64,000 nucleotides of DNA from Clostridia bacterium (lineage in GTDB: Bacteria > Bacillota > Clostridia > Oscillospirales > CAG-272), in contig JAFTYE010000016.1 of NCBI GenBank assembly GCA_017464805.1, positions 180,167 to 244,166 of the forward strand. Direction: 5' to 3'. Each line of letters opens with the position of its first letter. Positions within the stretch are counted from its first letter, which is position 1. Both the position numbers and the translations under genes were made by a program. Shown one piece after another: positions 33,608-42,703 of this stretch. The notes beneath the pieces were generated by a model. The model saw only the letters and a program-made list of their open reading frames with translations. It was not told the origin of the DNA and searched no databases.

Positions 33608-34830
33608 CCCCTGCGGGGAATTTTGAAAAAATGCAGGCCGCCATTCTTTACGGTGCGGATGCTGTGTATCTGTCAGGCTCGCGCTTTGGTATGCGTGCCG
33701 CAGCCGATAATTTTACACTCGAGGAGCTTGCATGTGCGATCTCCTACGCGCGAGAACGGAATGTTCGGGTCTATCTCACCATCAATGTCATGCCACACGA
33801 GGGGGAATATGCTGCCCTGCGGGCTTATTTTTCGGAGCTTGCGGGTGCCAAGCCGGATGCTCTCATTATAGCCGACCTCGGCGTTATCGCATTGGCCAAG
33901 GAAATGCTACCTGATGTGGATATTCATATTTCCACACAGGCAAATGTGGTTTCCGCCGCCGCCTGTCGGGCTTACCACGCTCTTGGCGCATCCCGCGTTG
34001 TGTTGGCAAGGGAACTCACTTTTGCGGAAATTTTGGAGATACGTCGCAACACGCCCCGTGAGCTGGAGTTGGAAGCATTCATTCACGGCTCCATGTGCAT
34101 TTCCTATAGCGGCCGTTGTCTTCTTTCCAACTTCTTTACGGGCAGGGATGCCAATCGCGGCATGTGCACCCAGCCCTGCCGCTGGAACTATACAATCTCC
34201 GAGCGAATCTTCGAGATCACCGAGGAAAAACGAAAAGATCAGCCCCTGCCGATCGAGGAGATCAATGGCGAAACATTCCTTTTGAGCTCGCGTGATACCT
34301 GTATGATCGAGCATATTCCCGCCTTGATGGAGTCGGGCATCAATAGCTTTAAGATCGAGGGCCGCATGAAGAGTACCTATTATGCAGCGGTGGTCACCAA
34401 TACCTATCGAATGGCGATGGACTCGTATTCTGCCGGAAATTATTCCTTCAATTCCAAATGGAAAAGAGAGCTCGAAGGGGTCAGTCACCGTGCGTATCAT
34501 ACAGGCTTTTACTTTGATAAACCGACCGAAACGGCCAACACCACCGACTTTAACGGCTACATTAAGGAGAACGCATATCTTGCCACGGTCGTTTCATATG
34601 ATAAAGAGAGCAGACTTGCCCGTATGATCCAGAAAAATAAGTTTTCCGTTGGCGCACGCGTAGATCTGCTGACCCCTGGTAAGGTTGGCATTCCGCTTGT
34701 GGTCGAAGCCCTCTATGACGAAGGGATGCAACCGATTGAGGCCGTACCGCATCCGCAAATGCCCTTTTATATGAAGATGCCCTTTCCCGTACAGGATGGC
34801 GACATTCTCCGTGCCGCTATCGGAGAGTAA
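33592..34830 (+). CDS. peptidase-U32-family protein (RlhA/TrhP-type)
   Basis: MPELLAPAGNFEKMQAAILYGADAVYLSG and the Cys-rich segment SMCISYSGRCLLS...CTQPCRW. AAGGAGA SD. Confidence 0.88.
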   Translation: MPELLAPAGNFEKMQAAILYGADAVYLSGSRFGMRAAADNFTLEELACAISYARERNVRVYLTINVMPHEGEYAALRAYFSELAGAKPDALIIADLGVIALAKEMLPDVDIHISTQANVVSAAACRAYHALGASRVVLARELTFAEILEIRRNTPRELELEAFIHGSMCISYSGRCLLSNFFTGRDANRGMCTQPCRWNYTISERIFEITEEKRKDQPLPIEEINGETFLLSSRDTCMIEHIPALMESGINSFKIEGRMKSTYYAAVVTNTYRMAMDSYSAGNYSFNSKWKRELEGVSHRAYHTGFYFDKPTETANTTDFNGYIKENAYLATVVSYDKESRLARMIQKNKFSVGARVDLLTPGKVGIPLVVEALYDEGMQPIEAVPHPQMPFYMKMPFPVQDGDILRAAIGE

Positions 34831-34839
34831 GGAGGACGT

Positions 34840-35706
34840 ATGATTATTTTAGAATATCTGAAAGTGATCCTGATCGGCATCGTGGAGGGGATCACCGAGT
34901 GGTTGCCTGTCAGCAGTACGGGTCACATGATTCTTTTGGAGCGCATCCTGCCGCTTGAACGGATGAGCCCCGAGTTTTACAGCATGTTCCTGTACGTGAT
35001 CCAACTCGCCGCTATTTTTGCGGTGGTGTGCTTTTTCTTTCATCGCTTAAATCCATTTTCTAGGACAAAAAACGAGGCAGAGAAGAAATGCACATGGCGC
35101 ATCTGGCTCATGGTCCTGATCGGTATTCTTCCCGCCGGCATCGTCGGTGTGGCACTGGATGACCTGATCGATGAATATGTGGTTGCCTCGGACTACGGTC
35201 CCTTCGTGGTGGCGGCTACCCTGATCCTGTACGGTGTTCTGTACATTATTCTGGAACGCCTGCGCCAAAACAGATCCTTTGCCGTACAGGAAATTACCGA
35301 TCTTAGCCCCAAGCAGGCTCTCTTTATCGGTCTGTTCCAATGCCTCTCGATCATTCCCGGAACCTCGCGCTCCGGCTCCACCATTCTTGGCGGTATGGCT
35401 CTCGGTGTCTCCCGTGTGGCGGCGGCCGAATATTCCTTCTTCATGGCCATCCCCATCATGGCGGGCATGTCGCTTTTGAAGGTTGGAAAGTACGTTCTGC
35501 GCGCGGCGCAGGGAACGGTAGGATATACCTGCACGTCTACGGAGATTGGTCTTCTTGTTGTTGGTTCGATCGCGGCTTTCCTCATTTCCTTCGTCTGCAT
35601 TCGTTTCTTGATGGATTTTGTTCGGCGTCACAGCTTTGAGGTATTCGGGTGGTACCGTATCGCACTCGGACTTCTCGTCATCCTATATTTCAGTATTGTA
35701 GGTTAA
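34840..35706 (+). CDS. uppP: undecaprenyl-diphosphate phosphatase
   Basis: EGITEWLPVSSTGH and PGTSRSGSTI motifs; polytopic membrane protein. Confidence 0.93.
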   Translation: MIILEYLKVILIGIVEGITEWLPVSSTGHMILLERILPLERMSPEFYSMFLYVIQLAAIFAVVCFFFHRLNPFSRTKNEAEKKCTWRIWLMVLIGILPAGIVGVALDDLIDEYVVASDYGPFVVAATLILYGVLYIILERLRQNRSFAVQEITDLSPKQALFIGLFQCLSIIPGTSRSGSTILGGMALGVSRVAAAEYSFFMAIPIMAGMSLLKVGKYVLRAAQGTVGYTCTSTEIGLLVVGSIAAFLISFVCIRFLMDFVRRHSFEVFGWYRIALGLLVILYFSIVG

Positions 35707-35744
35707 GCTAAATAGGCTTGTCAGTTCGAGCCCATTTAGGCTAG

Positions 35745-35785
35745 AAAAAACGGTCAATGCCGTAAGGCATCGACCGTTTTTTGTT
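35745..35785. terminator. bidirectional Rho-independent terminator
   Basis: A-run, then the CGGTC..ATGCC-GTA-GGCAT..GACCG stem, then a T-run. Confidence 0.8.
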
Positions 35786-36901
35786 TTATTCCACGATCAG
35801 AACAGAGCTGCTGTTTACCAGATCGATCAGACCGATATAGGTTTTTCCGCGATTGACGGTCAGCGCCGCACCACTCTCATCCGACAGCTGCAGTTTGCCT
35901 TCCGCGTCTCTCGACCATGCAATCTCGGTCGCATAACCGTTTGTGACATAGTAGCCTGTGCCGCCCGATTCCGTGTTCAGCTCAAATTCCGTGCCGCTGA
36001 CGCGGTTGTAAATTGAGCTTTCGCAATGCAACAGGATTAGGTTGGTAAAGCTGACCTGCTTGCCACTGGTATTGTCCAGATGCGGGGCGGAATTGTGCGA
36101 GCGTAGATAGACTTTGTCCTCGGCATTGTAGAGGAACTGTGTCACATCGGTGGAGGAAAAGGGAATAATGACGCCGGTTGCACGCTTGTCCGATGCAGTG
36201 ACCGTTTTTCCGTATTCCACGAATGTAAACGGAAGTGTTACGCCGCCCTTTTCAAAGTTTTCAAGCGCACCGATTAGGCGTGTGCCGGATGTATAAAGCT
36301 CCTCGGCCGCTCCTTCCTCTCCGCTTTTGAAAAAGACCGTGGTGGCGCCATCGATCTCATAATTCATACAAGGGAATTCGGGATAGGATACGCCGTCGCG
36401 GACGTCATTTGCGCTCTTACAGACTGACACGGCTCCGAAATCCGAGGCGATGGAGAGCAGATATGGGCGGGTCGTGCCGATCGAGCCGATGCGGTTCATT
36501 TCGCGGTAGGCGGTGGTGATCATGATGTTGCGGGTCGCGCCGTTTTCCACCGGTGCCTCCACAAGGATCTCCGCATCCGCGACACCGTATTGCGGGGAGC
36601 TTGTACTGCTAAGACAAACAGAAACAGGGCGGATCATCGACAAATCGGTCGCTGATGCCAGCCCTGTTAATGGGTTATAGTAGCTTGGCAGCGTCGGCTT
36701 GTCCTCTTGGGGTTTCTCGTTATTGGCGTTGTTTTCGTCCGTGTTACCTGGTTGAACGACGGTGCTGTTTTCATCCGAGGGGGTCTTGTCAGGGGAGAGG
36801 AATCGTAAGGAACAACCTGCTATGCTCAAAGACGCTACTACTAAAAGTGCAGATAATATAACCGTCACGCATCTTTCAGCCTTCGTTCTGGAAGACTTCA
36901 A
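35786..36901 (-). CDS. DUF3048 (YerB-like) lipoprotein
   Basis: TTG start 7 nt after AAGGAGG. Lipobox LSIAGC follows a signal peptide, and NPLTGL...RPVSV is typical of DUF3048. Confidence 0.8.
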   Translation of the reverse strand: MKSSRTKAERCVTVILSALLVVASLSIAGCSLRFLSPDKTPSDENSTVVQPGNTDENNANNEKPQEDKPTLPSYYNPLTGLASATDLSMIRPVSVCLSSTSSPQYGVADAEILVEAPVENGATRNIMITTAYREMNRIGSIGTTRPYLLSIASDFGAVSVCKSANDVRDGVSYPEFPCMNYEIDGATTVFFKSGEEGAAEELYTSGTRLIGALENFEKGGVTLPFTFVEYGKTVTASDKRATGVIIPFSSTDVTQFLYNAEDKVYLRSHNSAPHLDNTSGKQVSFTNLILLHCESSIYNRVSGTEFELNTESGGTGYYVTNGYATEIAWSRDAEGKLQLSDESGAALTVNRGKTYIGLIDLVNSSSVLIVE

Positions 36902-36949
36902 AATGGATACCTCCTTGGGTTATATAACCGCTATGAAATTATTTCTCGT

Positions 36950-37246
36950 TTACACGCGATTTGCGCGTTCAAGCCATGCGCCGCCGAGATCCAGCGCCTC
37001 GTAAAGACCGTCTGCCATACCTTGCTTTTCCACCTTCTGGCTTCCGTCGGTAGGGATGATTTGTACCATCACCTTTCCGGGGATTTTGGTATGAAGCTTT
37101 TCGTCTTCCTTGTAGTTCATGATCATCAGAAAGAGAATGAACTTGTCCGACATGTTGCCGTAGTAAAGCTCGTCATCCTGACGGACCAAAGGCTTGCCCT
37201 TGTATTCAAGGAACTTTCCTTTGATTCCGATGGTTGCTTCTGCCAT
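36950..37246 (-). CDS. hypothetical 98-aa protein
   Basis: AAGGAG SD precedes the ATG at 37246, and the gene has its own promoter at 37316-37344. No motif recognised. Confidence 0.6.
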   Translation of the reverse strand: MAEATIGIKGKFLEYKGKPLVRQDDELYYGNMSDKFILFLMIMNYKEDEKLHTKIPGKVMVQIIPTDGSQKVEKQGMADGLYEALDLGGAWLERANRV

Positions 37247-37315
37247 GTGAGTACTCCTTTCATTGGGTCCGGCCAAAGCGCGCCCGCTCAGGCTCATCAA
37301 ACGTTTGCGAAGAAT

Positions 37316-37344
37316 ATTTTACAATACTTTTCCTGAAATGTCAA
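37316..37344 (-). promoter_or_regulatory. sigma-A promoter TTGACA-17-TAAAAT
   Basis: Minus-strand -35 at 37344-37339 and -10 at 37321-37316. Confidence 0.6.
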
Positions 37345-37378
37345 GGGCTTGTCCCAAAGAACATTTCGGGAACATTCG

Positions 37379-38578
37379 TCAAGCTTTTCGGTAGGGGGAG
37401 TGGCGAAGAAGATCGGAGGGGGAAGAAGGCTCGCAGGAAAGCGCGCAACAGATCGAATCGGCACGATAAGAAAGCTCTGCCGCTTCTTTCGTCGCCTCGG
37501 AGAGTGTCTTATAATCGGCGGGCTTTGTCAGAATAGGAAGGGATGCCGTTTTCCGTGCGGCAGAGAGGATGCTACGTCCCCGTGCACCAAAGGCAAGCAC
37601 CTGCGTGTAGGCGGGCGGGGAATTGAGGCGTTCTCTTGTCACATCCAAAATTCCATATAACAACGAGCGTCTCAAAAAGGCATCGGTGTATCGTTTGGTA
37701 CGGATTGCTTCAAAAAACTTCTGCCCGGTGCACGCCTTCTGCGCCGCGGCATATACCCGATGTGCAAGGCCGCCGCCAAGCCCGTCTGCGCTTTTGTATT
37801 TCCTGGGATCAAACAGCCGGTAGCAGAGTAGCAAATCATCCATAAATTTTTCGGGCGACAGCACGGCTCTTCCTGACGCTAACTCCTCACGGAGCACCGC
37901 CGCCGAAGCAGAGGGGAGCATGGAAAATACGCGTTCTTCCTCACCGTTATAAAGCATTTGTCTTGCCGCCATCGCACTGCCGATTTCTATGCTATTCGTT
38001 TCATCGTGAGCCATCCCCTCTCGCTTGAACGCAATAGGGAGGATCCGACTTTTTCTTTGCAGAAGCGCACGAATATATTCAACACCGAGGATGTTGTTCG
38101 GGGTGTGGAGAGTCGTTTCGTGTCCGAATGTGCGCTCGTATGCCAAGGTGCTCTTTTCGGCAGTGCCGCTTGCCTTATTGGCATCTGCCTCGGCATAGGC
38201 GCGTGAAAATTCCGCGCTTTCCATATTTTCAGCGATCCGAAACAGCTTTTCCGTGTCACCAGCTTCACTGCCGAATGCAAGATAATCTACGCATCCAAGT
38301 GCATCGGCAATTGCCACACCCGCACGTGCAAACCGCTCTGCAGAGGACGCGGAATAGGGAAAGGGAAGCTCCAGCACCAGATCGGCTCCCTCGCATGTGG
38401 CGGCCTTCGCGCGTGCCCACTTCGAAAGGATTGCGGGCTCCCCCCGCTGAACGAAGCTTCCGCTCATCACACAAACGATCGCACTATCCTCGCCAAACCG
38501 CTCGCGGACGCGCCGAAAAAGCAAGGCATGGCCCGCGTGAAAGGGATTAAATTCACAAATAACGGCTACAATTTTCAT
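37379..38578 (-). CDS. tmcAL: tRNA(Met) cytidine acetate ligase (YlbM/TmcAL family nucleotidyltransferase)
   Basis: MKIVAVICEFNPFHAGHALL contains the HxGH nucleotidyltransferase motif. Size and overall pattern fit UPF0348/TmcAL. Confidence 0.85.
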   Translation of the reverse strand: MKIVAVICEFNPFHAGHALLFRRVRERFGEDSAIVCVMSGSFVQRGEPAILSKWARAKAATCEGADLVLELPFPYSASSAERFARAGVAIADALGCVDYLAFGSEAGDTEKLFRIAENMESAEFSRAYAEADANKASGTAEKSTLAYERTFGHETTLHTPNNILGVEYIRALLQRKSRILPIAFKREGMAHDETNSIEIGSAMAARQMLYNGEEERVFSMLPSASAAVLREELASGRAVLSPEKFMDDLLLCYRLFDPRKYKSADGLGGGLAHRVYAAAQKACTGQKFFEAIRTKRYTDAFLRRSLLYGILDVTRERLNSPPAYTQVLAFGARGRSILSAARKTASLPILTKPADYKTLSEATKEAAELSYRADSICCALSCEPSSPSDLLRHSPYRKA

Positions 38579-38615
38579 CTTTCTTATAAACTTTCCTTAA
38601 AATTTTGAAAAAATA

Positions 38616-38644
38616 TTGAAATTGGAACGAAAATCATATATAAT
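38616..38644 (+). promoter_or_regulatory. sigma-A promoter TTGAAA-17-TATAAT for ackA
   Basis: -35 at 38616-38621 and -10 at 38639-38644. Confidence 0.6.
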
Positions 38645-38686
38645 AACGGATGGAAAATAATTTTACATAAAACGGAGGATGACAAA

Positions 38687-39913
38687 ATGAATGTTTTGGT
38701 CGTAAATGCGGGCAGTAGCTCGCTCAAATACCAGTTATTTGATACGACAAAGAATGTGGTGGTGGCAAAGGGCCTTTGTGAGCGTATCGGTATCGAGGGA
38801 GAAAGCACCATCGGTGCAATCTCACACAAAAACCTGATCACGGAGAAGGAACATAAGGCAAACCTGCCCATGCCCAACCACACCGTGGCTACCAAGTACG
38901 TCGTAGATGCTCTGGTTAATGCCGAGTACGGCTGCGTAAAGAGCATGTCCGAGATCGAGGCGGTCGGTCACCGCATCGTGCACGGCGGTGCCTACTTCTC
39001 GGAGTCGGTTCTTTTGACCGATGACGTGCTGGCAAAGCTGGAGTTGTGTCGTGATCTTGCCCCCCTGCATACCCCTGCACACATCCAGGGTATCCAGGGA
39101 TGTCTTGAGGTTATGCCTGATGTGCCGCAGGTTCTGGTATTCGATACCGCCTTCCATCAGACTATGGCTCCCGAAGCCTATATGTACGGCGTTCCTTACG
39201 AGGTATATGAGAAGTATGCCGTTCGCCGCTACGGCGCACACGGTACCTCTCACCGTTACGTAGCCGGTGAAATGCTCAAGGTCCTCGGTAAGACCGAGGG
39301 AACGAAGGTTGTGACCTGCCATCTTGGCAACGGTTCCTCCATCTCCGCCGTGAAGGACGGTAAGGTAGTGGACACCAGCATGGGCTTTACCCCCCTTGCA
39401 GGCGTTCTCATGGGTACCCGTTGCGGTGACATGGACCCTGCTGTTGTTCCGTTCATCATGAACAAAGAGGGCCTCACTCCCGATGAGATGAACAACTACA
39501 TGAATAAGAAGTGCGGCTTCCTTGGCATTTCCGGCGTATCCTCCGACTGCCGCGATATCGAAGCTGCCATCGCAGACGGCAATGCCCGCGCCAAGCTCGC
39601 GCTCGATATGCTGGGCTACCAGATCAAGAAGTTCATCGGCGCATACTCTGCCGCTATGGGCGGGCTGGATGCCATTGTGTTTACCGCCGGTATCGGCGAG
39701 AATACGCCTTCCATCCGTGCTATGGCTTGCGAAGGTCTGGAATACCTCGGTGTTGAGTTCGACAACGAGGCCAACTACGCTGTCCAGCGTCCGATTAAGA
39801 CGACTTGCTTGAGCAAGGACGGTTCTCGCGTGAAAATCTACCTGATTCCCACCAACGAGGAGCTGGTGATCGCATCGGATACCGAGAAGATCGTTTCCGA
39901 ACTGAAGAAATGA
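38687..39913 (+). CDS. ackA: acetate kinase
   Basis: VLVVNAGSSSLKYQLF, HRIVHGG and AHGTSHRY motifs. Confidence 0.96.
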   Translation: MNVLVVNAGSSSLKYQLFDTTKNVVVAKGLCERIGIEGESTIGAISHKNLITEKEHKANLPMPNHTVATKYVVDALVNAEYGCVKSMSEIEAVGHRIVHGGAYFSESVLLTDDVLAKLELCRDLAPLHTPAHIQGIQGCLEVMPDVPQVLVFDTAFHQTMAPEAYMYGVPYEVYEKYAVRRYGAHGTSHRYVAGEMLKVLGKTEGTKVVTCHLGNGSSISAVKDGKVVDTSMGFTPLAGVLMGTRCGDMDPAVVPFIMNKEGLTPDEMNNYMNKKCGFLGISGVSSDCRDIEAAIADGNARAKLALDMLGYQIKKFIGAYSAAMGGLDAIVFTAGIGENTPSIRAMACEGLEYLGVEFDNEANYAVQRPIKTTCLSKDGSRVKIYLIPTNEELVIASDTEKIVSELKK

Positions 39914-39923
39914 TGCTCGGAAA

Positions 39924-39960
39924 AAGAAAAAGCAGCCGAAGCGGCTGCTTTTTCTTTTTT
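39924..39960. terminator. bidirectional Rho-independent terminator
   Basis: AGCAGCCG-AAG-CGGCTGCT with an A-run and a T-run. Confidence 0.85.
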
Positions 39961-39997
39961 CGCCGTGCTCTTATCATAGCACAAAAAAAGGGAACTG

Positions 39998-41095
39998 TCA
40001 ACCGCCTCCCTGTAAGTAGGAAAGGATTTTTTCGGACAGCATGGCAATATATTCGCCCTTGGCATCAAAATTCATTGCCTTGCCATATAGTTCCTCCAGA
40101 GCAAAATGATAATCACCCGCCTCCCGCAAGGAAGCAAGGGCATGTTCCTGCATGTCGCGGCACACGTTTCGCAAATGTCGGATCTGCGATCGGCAAAGTG
40201 AAAGACGCTCGTTGTCAAGAAACCGCTTCATGTTAACCGAGGGCTCTTCCCCCTCTTCTTTTGAGGTGAACAGGATGCCGTTTGACGGCAAAAGAATGGC
40301 ATCGATGACCGTGTCCGTGTAGCAGGACGGAAAGACCGTGCAGCGGTGACGCCCCTGTGCCTCTAACTCTTTGCTTAAATACAGCAGATAAAATCTGGCA
40401 GAACCTAGATAGTCAGATACAACGACTGTTTTTTTCGATTCGGTCGGTAAGTAGACAAGTCCCCGTATACTGCACGCCTGTCGGTAGCGTATCTGCGTGC
40501 CTCTTGCTTCGGATTCGGGAATCTGCCGTACCGTTCTGGAAATTGCCTTGGCCATTTTTTCCTTTTTCACACATGGCTCCAGTAGATCAGAGAGAAAGGT
40601 ATCTGCCTCTCCTGCAATTCTCAAAAAGCGGTATGCACGGCGGTAGGCCTCCGCCTTTTTTTGTTGCAGGGAAAAGATCTGCTCCCGATGAGGTGTAAGC
40701 TTGCTACTGTCCCAGAACTCGCCAAGATTGATGATTTCATCCACCGCGCCCGGAACCTCCGTGCACCGCGTGTGTGGTGCCGTGCCGTCCAAAATGCCGA
40801 TGCGATGACCGTTCTTTTCGAGAATCAGACCGTCCAGCGAGTCGGGATCGGATGAACAGTAGATGTATTCGCAATCTGCCCCGATTTTTTCTGCCTTTTT
40901 TGCTATCTCCTTCATGGAGTGACTCTTGCCCGTTCCGGGGCCTCCTTTGAAGATATACAGGTGCTCGTATTGCTTTGTCCGATAAACCTCATCAAAGCGG
41001 GAGCGGAATCCGCGATATCCGTTGGCGGCAATGAAAGAGTTTGTTTTTTTCGGCACTTCCGATCGCTGTGTAGATGTGCTGTGATTTTTTTTCAA
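39998..41095 (-). CDS. P-loop NTPase of unknown function
   Basis: TTG start 6 nt after GGAGGGG. Walker A is GGPGTGKS, with a Walker-B-like EYIYCSSDPDSLDG. Confidence 0.7.
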   Translation of the reverse strand: MKKNHSTSTQRSEVPKKTNSFIAANGYRGFRSRFDEVYRTKQYEHLYIFKGGPGTGKSHSMKEIAKKAEKIGADCEYIYCSSDPDSLDGLILEKNGHRIGILDGTAPHTRCTEVPGAVDEIINLGEFWDSSKLTPHREQIFSLQQKKAEAYRRAYRFLRIAGEADTFLSDLLEPCVKKEKMAKAISRTVRQIPESEARGTQIRYRQACSIRGLVYLPTESKKTVVVSDYLGSARFYLLYLSKELEAQGRHRCTVFPSCYTDTVIDAILLPSNGILFTSKEEGEEPSVNMKRFLDNERLSLCRSQIRHLRNVCRDMQEHALASLREAGDYHFALEELYGKAMNFDAKGEYIAMLSEKILSYLQGGG

Positions 41096-41159
41096 ATTAT
41101 ACCCCTCCGTATGTATGAAATCATTGCTATTTTATGCAGCGGAGGGACAAAGAGTTATC

Positions 41160-41195
41160 AAAAAGCCGCAGATTTTGTAATCTGCGGCTTTTTCT
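41160..41195. terminator. bidirectional Rho-independent terminator
   Basis: AGCCGCAGAT-loop-ATCTGCGGCT with A/T flanks. Confidence 0.85.
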
Positions 41196-41212
41196 AAATC
41201 TAAAACAGAAGA

Positions 41213-42667
41213 TTAAACCGAACGCTTGACGCTGAAAATAAAGGCACAGTTTTTGCCTTCTTCGCTTTCTGCACGAATACTTTCACCACTTGAGACGAGC
41301 ATGGTTTTGACGATATATAAGCCAAGTCCGACACCGATCTTGTCGAGGCCACGGCTTTTGTCGCTCTTGTAAAAACGGTCGAAAATATAGGGCAGATCAT
41401 CTTTCGGGATGCCGGAGCCTTCGTTATAAATCGTAATGGTGTACTTGCCTTTTTCGCCGGATCGGATGCTGATGCGAAGAAGTCCGCCATCGTAGGAAAA
41501 TTTGATCGCGTTGTCACAAAGATTGTACAGGATCTGATGCATGGCATCGCGGTCGGCGAAGACGGGCATACGGTCTTCTTCGGTATCAAACTCAATCTCG
41601 AGATGCTTTTCTTCGATCTTGCTTTCAAAGGATATCAGGATCAAACGTGCCAGCTCACAGATGTCAAATTCTGATGGATTGAATTGGCGCATGCCAGCTT
41701 CCATGCGGGAAAGGTCCAAAAGTTGGTTGACCAGGCGCGAAAGCCGCTGAATTTCGGAGGAAACGATGCCAAGGTAGTGGTTTTGCTTTTCGGGGGGAAT
41801 GGCACCGCTGCGGATACCGTCGATATAGCCTGCGATGCTGGTCATGGGAGTACGCAGATCGTGTGAAACGTTGGCAAGGAAGGAGGAACGCAGGTTCTCG
41901 GATTTTGCAAGCGAGTCTGCCATTTGGTTGAAGGTTAAAGCAAGATCGGAGATCTCGTCATCTCCCACGACCTGAATGCGCGGCTCAAAGTTTCCTTTGG
42001 CAAACTCGCGCGCGGCATGCCGTATTTCTTTAATGGGGTTGGTCAGACGTTCCGTGATGAAATAGGCCGCCACCATGACCGCCAGCATGATCCAAAGGTT
42101 TGCCAACATGATGCTCTTGTTTAGCACGGAAATCAAGGCATTGGCATTGACGTCGGCAGAACAGACAAACACCGAACCGACGATCTGGCGGTCACCGTCG
42201 TATATGGGCAGGGCACTGACCAGATGGTTGGAGGAGAAGCGGCCGCCCATTTTTCCGTATTCACTGAACGTGCCACTTTCAATCAACTGTTGTACGATGA
42301 CAGTCGGAATTTCCGTGATTGAGTCGTCGATTCCGGGGGTTCGAACATAAGAGAAGAGAATATGGCCGTTCGCGTTCGCTATGAAAAAGGACGCATTTTT
42401 GGTATGAGTAGAAAGAAGATCAAAAATACGCGGTACTGTATCGGGATCCGTCTCGGCAACGAAATCGCTGAAGCTATCCGATTCTGCCGTAGCGAAGGCA
42501 TTTTCCAGCATGGCGGCGGTGATCTCCGTTATTCTTTCCGCGTCACTTCGCTGCTCGTCCACGGCGTAGTTGTCTATACTGACCGAAACGATCGAGGTGA
42601 GCATCAGAAAGCTGACCAGAATGATCACGGCAAAAGCGGTCAGATACCGTACGAATATGCTCCTCAC
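41213..42667 (-). CDS. sensor histidine kinase (2 TM helices, extracytoplasmic domain, HAMP, HisKA, HATPase_c)
   Basis: GTG start 5 nt after AAAGGGGA. H-box FLANVSHDLRTPMTSI, N-box LYNLCDNAIKFS, and G-boxes YNEGSGIP and GVGLGLYIVK. Confidence 0.88.
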   Translation of the reverse strand: MRSIFVRYLTAFAVIILVSFLMLTSIVSVSIDNYAVDEQRSDAERITEITAAMLENAFATAESDSFSDFVAETDPDTVPRIFDLLSTHTKNASFFIANANGHILFSYVRTPGIDDSITEIPTVIVQQLIESGTFSEYGKMGGRFSSNHLVSALPIYDGDRQIVGSVFVCSADVNANALISVLNKSIMLANLWIMLAVMVAAYFITERLTNPIKEIRHAAREFAKGNFEPRIQVVGDDEISDLALTFNQMADSLAKSENLRSSFLANVSHDLRTPMTSIAGYIDGIRSGAIPPEKQNHYLGIVSSEIQRLSRLVNQLLDLSRMEAGMRQFNPSEFDICELARLILISFESKIEEKHLEIEFDTEEDRMPVFADRDAMHQILYNLCDNAIKFSYDGGLLRISIRSGEKGKYTITIYNEGSGIPKDDLPYIFDRFYKSDKSRGLDKIGVGLGLYIVKTMLVSSGESIRAESEEGKNCAFIFSVKRSV

Positions 42668-42703
42668 AGGTTTCCCCTTTCTTCGTGTGTCGTTTATGAG
42701 AAT

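Noticed and set aside
35708-35742. Extra hairpin (GCTAAATAGGC-13 nt-GCCCATTTAGGC) between the uppP stop and the main terminator, with a loop faintly like a tRNA T-arm (GTTCGAGCC).
   Set aside because: It has one mismatch, no T-tract and no further tRNA-like elements. It is probably just an accessory stem of the bidirectional terminator region.
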